A stretch of DNA of 63,428 bases, the filler included, from Gonapodya sp. JEL0774 (taxonomy: Eukaryota): the NCBI GenBank assembly GCA_027604505.1. It is 45 parts of 45 records of this genome, joined end to end, with 100 filler letters (N's around TTAATTAATTAA, not from the genome) between each part and the next. Parts side by side here need not be neighbours in the genome. Positions count along the whole stretch, not along the records: positions 57,921 to 59,223 come from JADIIX010003402.1; positions 59,324 to 60,626 come from JADIIX010003403.1; positions 60,727 to 62,028 come from JADIIX010003404.1; positions 62,129 to 63,428 come from JADIIX010003405.1; 41 more parts are not named here. The stretch is one strand, 5' to 3'. The notes beneath the pieces were generated by a model. It was not told the DNA's origin, ran no database searches, and saw only the letters and a list, made by a program, of their open reading frames with translations. The translations under genes and the position numbers were made by a program. Of this stretch, positions 57,921 to 63,428 are shown in pieces (position 1 is the stretch's first letter; each line of letters starts with the position of its first letter).

Positions 57921-59223
57921 TGGAGCTGCTCTGATTCGGCTTCCAGCTTGTCGACTAGTGCAGAGAGTCGCTCGAGCTGATCGCCCAGCCACGTCGTGAT
58001 TTGGGACTTGAGAGCGTCTAACGGGTCAACTTTGCCCGGCTGGGAAAGGCCTTCCTTGGAGTAAGCCTTGGTTTTCAGCTCGCGTTCAATTGCTTTGAAA
58101 CGTTCCATTTGCTTGGTGAAGTGAACACAAGTTACCAGTCAGAAGATTTCGCGACATCCGCTTAAAAAAGACACGCCAAAGCAAGTCCAACCATCGTGAG
58201 CCCACCCAATCGGGTCACAATGTTGAGAACGGAGCATAACTTCTCTTTCCGTCTTCAACACAGCGAGGGTGGAGTTTGACGAAGTTTCTCAAACGGCTTC
58301 ACTAGGGACGTCGCCCCCCTGAGCACCATTCCCGCAAAAGTAGGTAGTCACCGAGGAGTTGGGAGACTAACTCTGCGGCTCCTCACAACTTGATGCCACG
58401 AACGCGGTCCGCACCACAGCACCTCTTCATTTGTATCAATCGCAAGACATTTGTCTGTCACCATTTCCTCCTTCCACTCTCGCCCCATGCTCTCGTCTTT
58501 ACGGACTCACCTTCTCGATAAGCATCCTGTTCTCGGTCAACAACTTCTTATCCTTTATGTCCGCGCTGGCGATCCATGCTTTTATCTGATCCCTTAACCG
58601 CTGAAGTTTTTTAATCTCACGTTTCAGTTCGGATTCGTATTTTTCGCGCTGGGCAAAGGTAGATGCGGCTTGGAGCTTTTGGTGGAGCTTTACGAAGAGT
58701 TGGGAAGAGTTATGGGGAGCAAAGCGAGGTGTGACTGTCAGCCAGTTGAAATTCAGGATGAAGCGATAGTGCGAATCATTTCCATCGTATAATGCGGTTA
58801 GATTTACGTCAACAGCAAGTAGATCCTGAGGAAGCAACCGTAATCCGGTCGTTCTGGACCGGCAGTCCCCCCCAGCAGTAGTGCATGTGTAGCAGCCTAC
58901 GACTCACCTATTATGGCATTTCAGAATAAATAAGAAGTGAATGGTGTGAATGACAGTGGGTGCTCATTGTATTTAGTCTCGCATATTCATATCAAACCAG
59001 TCAACTTCCAAAAAGAATAGAACCGCACCTCCTCGAACAACTCCACACCTTCCGAGACCTTCTTGAAAGTTCGATCGATCTCCACTATTTCCGGAAGTAA
59101 AATGTGGGGAAGTAGTCCGGGAAACGTTCACAACACAGATGTGATAACAGTTCAGAGCCCGTCAGAATACAAAACTCGGCCGGGACATAGACAGAGAAAG
59201 AGCAAAAACACTTGCCTTGAAGC
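57921..59223 (-). CDS. CNOT3: CCR4-NOT subunit Not3/Not5 (CNOT3), N-terminal fragment
   Basis: [25 protein letters not shown]...[24 protein letters not shown]...|[22 protein letters not shown]. Confidence 0.96.
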
Positions 59224-59323
59224 NNNNNNNNNNNNNNNNNNNNNNNNNNNNNNNNNNNNNNNNNNNNTTAATTAATTAANNNNNNNNNNNNNNNNNNNNN
59301 NNNNNNNNNNNNNNNNNNNNNNN

Positions 59324-59400
59324 TCCGTGGTTATGGCAGTGGTTAAATGGACTTAACCACACAAGAACCATGGGTGGTTAAGCCCCCGACTTTCCCAGTG
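59324..59400 (-). mobile_element. Putative CMC/EnSpm-like transposon terminus (CACTG) with TAACCAC subterminal repeats
   Basis: Minus strand reads CACTGGGAAAG from 59400; TAACCAC/GTGGTTA occurs four times in both orientations within 59327-59381. Confidence 0.5.
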
Positions 59401-60194
59401 CACATGCCGATAGGTGACATCTTGAACTTGCCGAGGGCAATAACCTTCCTCAGCCCACATTGTATTGATTCCCTTTATCAATTTGAGCAGTTAAAGCTTG
59501 CAATGTTAGATTGATACGCAAATGCACCCCGTATTCTCACCTTTTCTGCCTCGCGAACCGTGTCACTAAGTGTCGGATTTCCTCGTACCTCTTCGCCATT
59601 CCACTTGCCTTTCCACCGATCACCAAGTCCCTGAAACAACGCGGAAATCGCTGACCGAGCGGCGTGGGCTGTTGGAGGCTGAGGATGGAAGGTGTTGCTG
59701 AATTGTCTGCGCTGATGTTGGACAGTCAGAAAACTCACTAGATTCCCTTGAAATTCCGGAGAGCACAGCCATGTCATATAGTCGGCGATGACAAGCGGAG
59801 TGTTGGTGGTAATATGGGGCGTGATGATTCCAGGTGGGATCTTCTTCACGTCGATGTCAGCCATAGCCGCGTACTCCGGCTTCAGACCTGCCCAGTGCTT
59901 CAAAAAGCGTGTCTGGTATCTGGCGATACAGAATCAGATACGATTTTAAAACGATTTGGCGGGTTCCAATTAGGTTGAACGTGTCGATCCGAATGAGTAC
60001 GCACTGAGGGTTACACAAGATTCCAAATGGAAACTCTCCGCATCAGCTCACCCAGAATAGTTGTTCCTAGTCGCCGTGGACTTGGATCTCTTCCTCATTT
60101 CCTCAGTCGTCTCGCGAAGGGCTCCGGTGGTGGCGGCAACATGAGATGGGACAGAGTTGCGGTTCGGGGGGAGCAGGTCACGATCCGGTGGCAT
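59401..60194 (-). mobile_element. Intron-containing Crypton-like tyrosine-recombinase gene, N-terminal core-binding region
   Basis: STATRNNYSG|YQTRFLKHW...IADYMTWLC...TAHAARSAISALF...W....RGNPTLSDTV; the catalytic domain is not in the contig. Confidence 0.55.
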
Positions 60195-60726
60195 CTGACA
60201 CTGATACGTCACGGGATCGTTTCAAAAACGCAGTTCAGCGATTTAGAAATTGACGAAGATGGTGGAGGGAGGGGCTGTGTCATGGTCGGTTATCAATAAC
60301 CCTGTGCGGGAAACTGCTCACCTCAGGTGCACCAGCGGGAAACGCTCAGCAGGAAACAAGTTACCACCCGACGGGAAATTGAGAGGAAACAATTAACCGA
60401 GACCTCCGAGGCCAATCTCTCAAAGGTTTCCAACTCCCTCCCACTCTTTTTCTCGCTCCCCGCCCTCCCCTCTTTCTCCTACACACAATCGCGTTTCCTG
60501 CACTGTTTCCATATTGAACTAACTACCTTCAGGGCTCGTTTTTCAACTGTCACAAACTCATACTTTCGGCATACACACCAATTCCTCAACGCAATGGGAC
60601 CGAAACAACGCGAAACTGGCAAGGCTNNNNNNNNNNNNNNNNNNNNNNNNNNNNNNNNNNNNNNNNNNNNTTAATTAATTAANNNNNNNNNNNNNNNNNN
60701 NNNNNNNNNNNNNNNNNNNNNNNNNN

Positions 60727-61016
60727 GTGGGGGGGGGGTGGGGGGGCACAGAGACAGAGACAGGGCATTCGACCGCGACCGGTCGAGTTTCCCCTTCCCC
60801 TCCGGTTCCGGTTCCGGCTCAGGCCGTTCCGCCCCCGGTGGCGGTGCGGGTGGGTCGAGTCCCCCGCGCAAGCGCATGCGCGACGACCAGTACGACGCCC
60901 AGAGCGCGTACGACGCGTACGACGGCCAGCGCGGGGGTCGGGCGGGACATCCACCACCACCACCACCACCACAGACCTACGGGCAACCGCCCCGAAAGGT
61001 TTTGCCAGGGTGGTGA
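60727..61016 (+). CDS. Low-complexity Gly/Pro/Arg-rich C-terminal fragment
   Basis: DRDRDR...SSPPRKRMRDD...PPPPPPP...KVLPGW*; extremely GC-rich contig with an internal N gap at 61026-61034. Confidence 0.35.
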
Positions 61017-62128
61017 GGACGGGGGNNNNNNNNNGCGCCGCGGGCGGGGGCCCCCCGCCCCCCCGCGGGGGGTAGGGGCGGGATGAGGCACGGGGAACGG
61101 GAAGAGCACGTGAGAGGGGCAGAAAATGAAAATGGGGAGGACGGTGGGACATGGGAACGTGTGTGACCAGGGTGGCGGAACACCGCTGTTCCGCTGTTCC
61201 TTGTTGATTGCATGCTTCCCTGACCCCACCCCGCACGGCCACTGCCCCTCCCCCGCGCCGGGGGGGCGGCGGGGCGCCGCGGGGGGGGGCGGCGGGCGCA
61301 GGCTGAGGCGGGGGAGAATGGTTTCGTGTGGGTTGTTTGGCGGCTGGGTGGTTTGGGTGGGACTGTGGACATGAACGAATGGAGACGATGGAACAACCTG
61401 GTGGAAGAACGTAGACCGTGGGCCGTGGACCGTGGACGTACTGCCCCAGCGGATGCTCTCTTTCCCCCCCCCCTCCCTGCCCCGGGCCCCCCGCCTGGCC
61501 TCTCCCTCTGTTCACCGCGACGTGTCGGTACTCTTCCGTACCCTGCTCCCTGCTCCTCGGACTACTCTGATACTTGGCCCAGTTGACGAATATGATGTTT
61601 TTTTTCACTCTCTGTCTTGTTTTCTTTTCCTTGTATGTGTTGTTTTTTTGTCTTTTTTTTTGTGTGTGTATGTGTGTGTGAATGGTTGCGTTTGGGTGGC
61701 CGTCAGTATGGCGGTGTGGCAGTGTGTTAGTGGTCGGACGTTGGTGGTTTGGGTGATTGTGGTGGTTATGTGGATGTCTCTGGAAGCTGCACCCCGTCCC
61801 TTTGGCTTCCCACCTTCCACTACAAGTGCGACGTGTCTTAGTTTTTAGTAACTTTCGCTGGCCAGGAGAGGAGGCGGAGGAGGCGGAAGTGGAGGACGGT
61901 GGACTGAGACCGGGCGGACAGAGGACAGAGGTGGACAGTGGACGCTCCACGTAGCGATTTTTCCCACTCTCCCTGTCGACTGGCTCGACCTTGCCAACAT
62001 CCCCAAGTACCCCGGAGAGCGGAGACCCNNNNNNNNNNNNNNNNNNNNNNNNNNNNNNNNNNNNNNNNNNNNTTAATTAATTAANNNNNNNNNNNNNNNN
62101 NNNNNNNNNNNNNNNNNNNNNNNNNNNN

Positions 62129-62716
62129 GCTCTTTATAATGTCCCTGAGAGAAGTCACAGTCCTTCCACCCCGGTAGACGACAACAGAATGGTCGCTAGC
62201 CTTGCAGTACCCCATTCACCCTCGACGGAGCTAACCCCCAACCGCACTTTCGCGATCCAGCGGAGTGCCGGTGCTCCTGGTAGTCTCGGGTCCCTGGCGT
62301 CTGCAGCGGGTCCAGCAGGTGGATCAAATTTAGTGGCTGGGTTTGAACTGTCAGACTCGGACGACGAGCCGGACGACGAGCCTGTTTTTCGTGGTGGAGT
62401 GACCATGAACATGCGTGATCGCAACGACCAACCAATCCGAAGCAGTGGAGGCAAAAGGGGTGGCATGGGGCAGCGGGGGTTTAGCAGCAAAAGACCACAG
62501 TTGAGAGTCGCTCAGCGACCGGACAGCATGAGCCAACGCGGCTCCGACGAGGATGAAGAGATGGATGAGAGGAGTGACGACGAGAGCAGTGACGAAGGAG
62601 AGCAAGTGAGTGAGGTGGATGAGGACAGATATGTGAGAAGAAACGAGGAGGACAACGAGGCAGAGTTGGAGGCGCAAGTTATTCAAGTCATCGAAGTCAG
62701 GGATGAAGAGAACTAA
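62129..62716 (+). CDS. Acidic low-complexity hypothetical protein fragment
   Basis: Open frame with D/E-rich tracts; probably spliced downstream; no domain recognised. Confidence 0.4.
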   Translation, partial: ALYNVPERSHSPSTPVDDNRMVASLAVPHSPSTELTPNRTFAIQRSAGAPGSLGSLASAAGPAGGSNLVAGFELSDSDDEPDDEPVFRGGVTMNMRDRNDQPIRSSGGKRGGMGQRGFSSKRPQLRVAQRPDSMSQRGSDEDEEMDERSDDESSDEGEQVSEVDEDRYVRRNEEDNEAELEAQVIQVIEVRDEEN

Positions 62717-63428
62717 TGCTTTCTAGATTAATATCGTATCATTATGATGGGACCGTCTGTAACGCTATAGATTTTGCGGGAAGTGATTTTGTAACGCTTT
62801 ACTTGGATGGTGCAGCGGCCACCACCACCCACCAGCTCCTCCCAGCATCCCCGGTTGACGATGGGTAACTGCTGCTCGACCGAGGAGGCCCCCGGTATTG
62901 CTGGAGGAAGCGCGAAGCAATCGACAAGTGAGCGCCTCACCTGATACAGCAGCCAGTACCATGGCGGAGTTTTGCGTTGAAGCGATGCCGTGCTCAGCAA
63001 AGAAGGACGACGAATTCGTCGATCGATGTGGATTTCTTTGCCAAGAATAGAAAACCGGCGCTAACTTGTTTTCCATCTCCCGTTCCGTTTTCGTGATATA
63101 TCTGTGACTATCGTGAAGTCCCCTTGACTTCCTACGGACCAACTGTCGTTGCTCACCCCGCCCCGCCCCCAACTACTTCCTGGCCTCAACCTCTTGGGGG
63201 TGGATATTCTCCGCCGGCCTCTCAGCCGGCGCACAAACCTGTCCGCAAGCCTCGCGTCTCTCACGACGAAGCAGAGTACAAGCCCGGTCACAGCGAAGAC
63301 GAGGACGAAGACTCTGAAGGTGGAGATGACGGTTTGCTGGACCCTGACTCTGCTGCGGGAGGTAGGAAAGGTCGCGGGAGGAAGAAGAAGCGTGCGGACG
63401 GGAAGACGAACGGTACCTCGTACGCGGA

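Noticed and set aside
1322..62128. Regularly spaced TTAATTAATTAA palindromes resembling a repeat or CRISPR-like array
   Set aside because: Always centred in N44 pads between size-sorted contigs; an artificial six-frame-stop linker.
1..63428. Gene clusters or synteny across the window, including linking the two virus-like contigs
   Set aside because: Contigs are ordered by length, so adjacency across linkers carries no information.
1..63428. CRISPR arrays, rRNA and tRNA genes
   Set aside because: No repeat-spacer array or recognisable rRNA or tRNA sequence seen by eye; the only tRNA-related signals are retroelement primer-binding sites.

Overview
This window is not a contiguous locus. It is 45 short contigs (about 1,321 down to about 1,300 bp, in decreasing size order) joined by 44 artificial 100-bp linkers (N44-TTAATTAATTAA-N44, stops in all six frames). 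Nothing can be inferred from neighbourhood across linkers, and almost every gene is truncated. Most contigs are intron-rich eukaryotic gene fragments with GT-AG introns. Fungal markers (fungal transcription-factor domain, Rom2-like GEF) occur together with KATNAL2-, Nap1/Hem-, EPG5- and FANCJ-like genes that budding yeast lacks, which suggests an early-diverging, probably zoosporic fungus (inference). Two contigs stand out as intronless and virus-like. Contig 11355-12671 carries a compact SMS/PAP2_C-type sphingolipid synthase tail-to-tail with a GT32 glycosyltransferase, their stop codons overlapping: a candidate two-step glycosphingolipid cassette. Contig 22686-23999 is one open frame with Asp-rich repeats, an OTU-like Cys/His domain and a degenerate exonuclease-like domain resembling Polinton/Maverick pPolB N-termini. 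Also present: Copia-type retroelements with two different priming modes (one nested in another), a Crypton-like tyrosine-recombinase gene apparently hit by a CACTG-ended transposon, strong CpG depletion in decayed DNA, and a 65-bp overlap that lets two contigs be joined. All family assignments come from motif recognition by eye; no searches were run.
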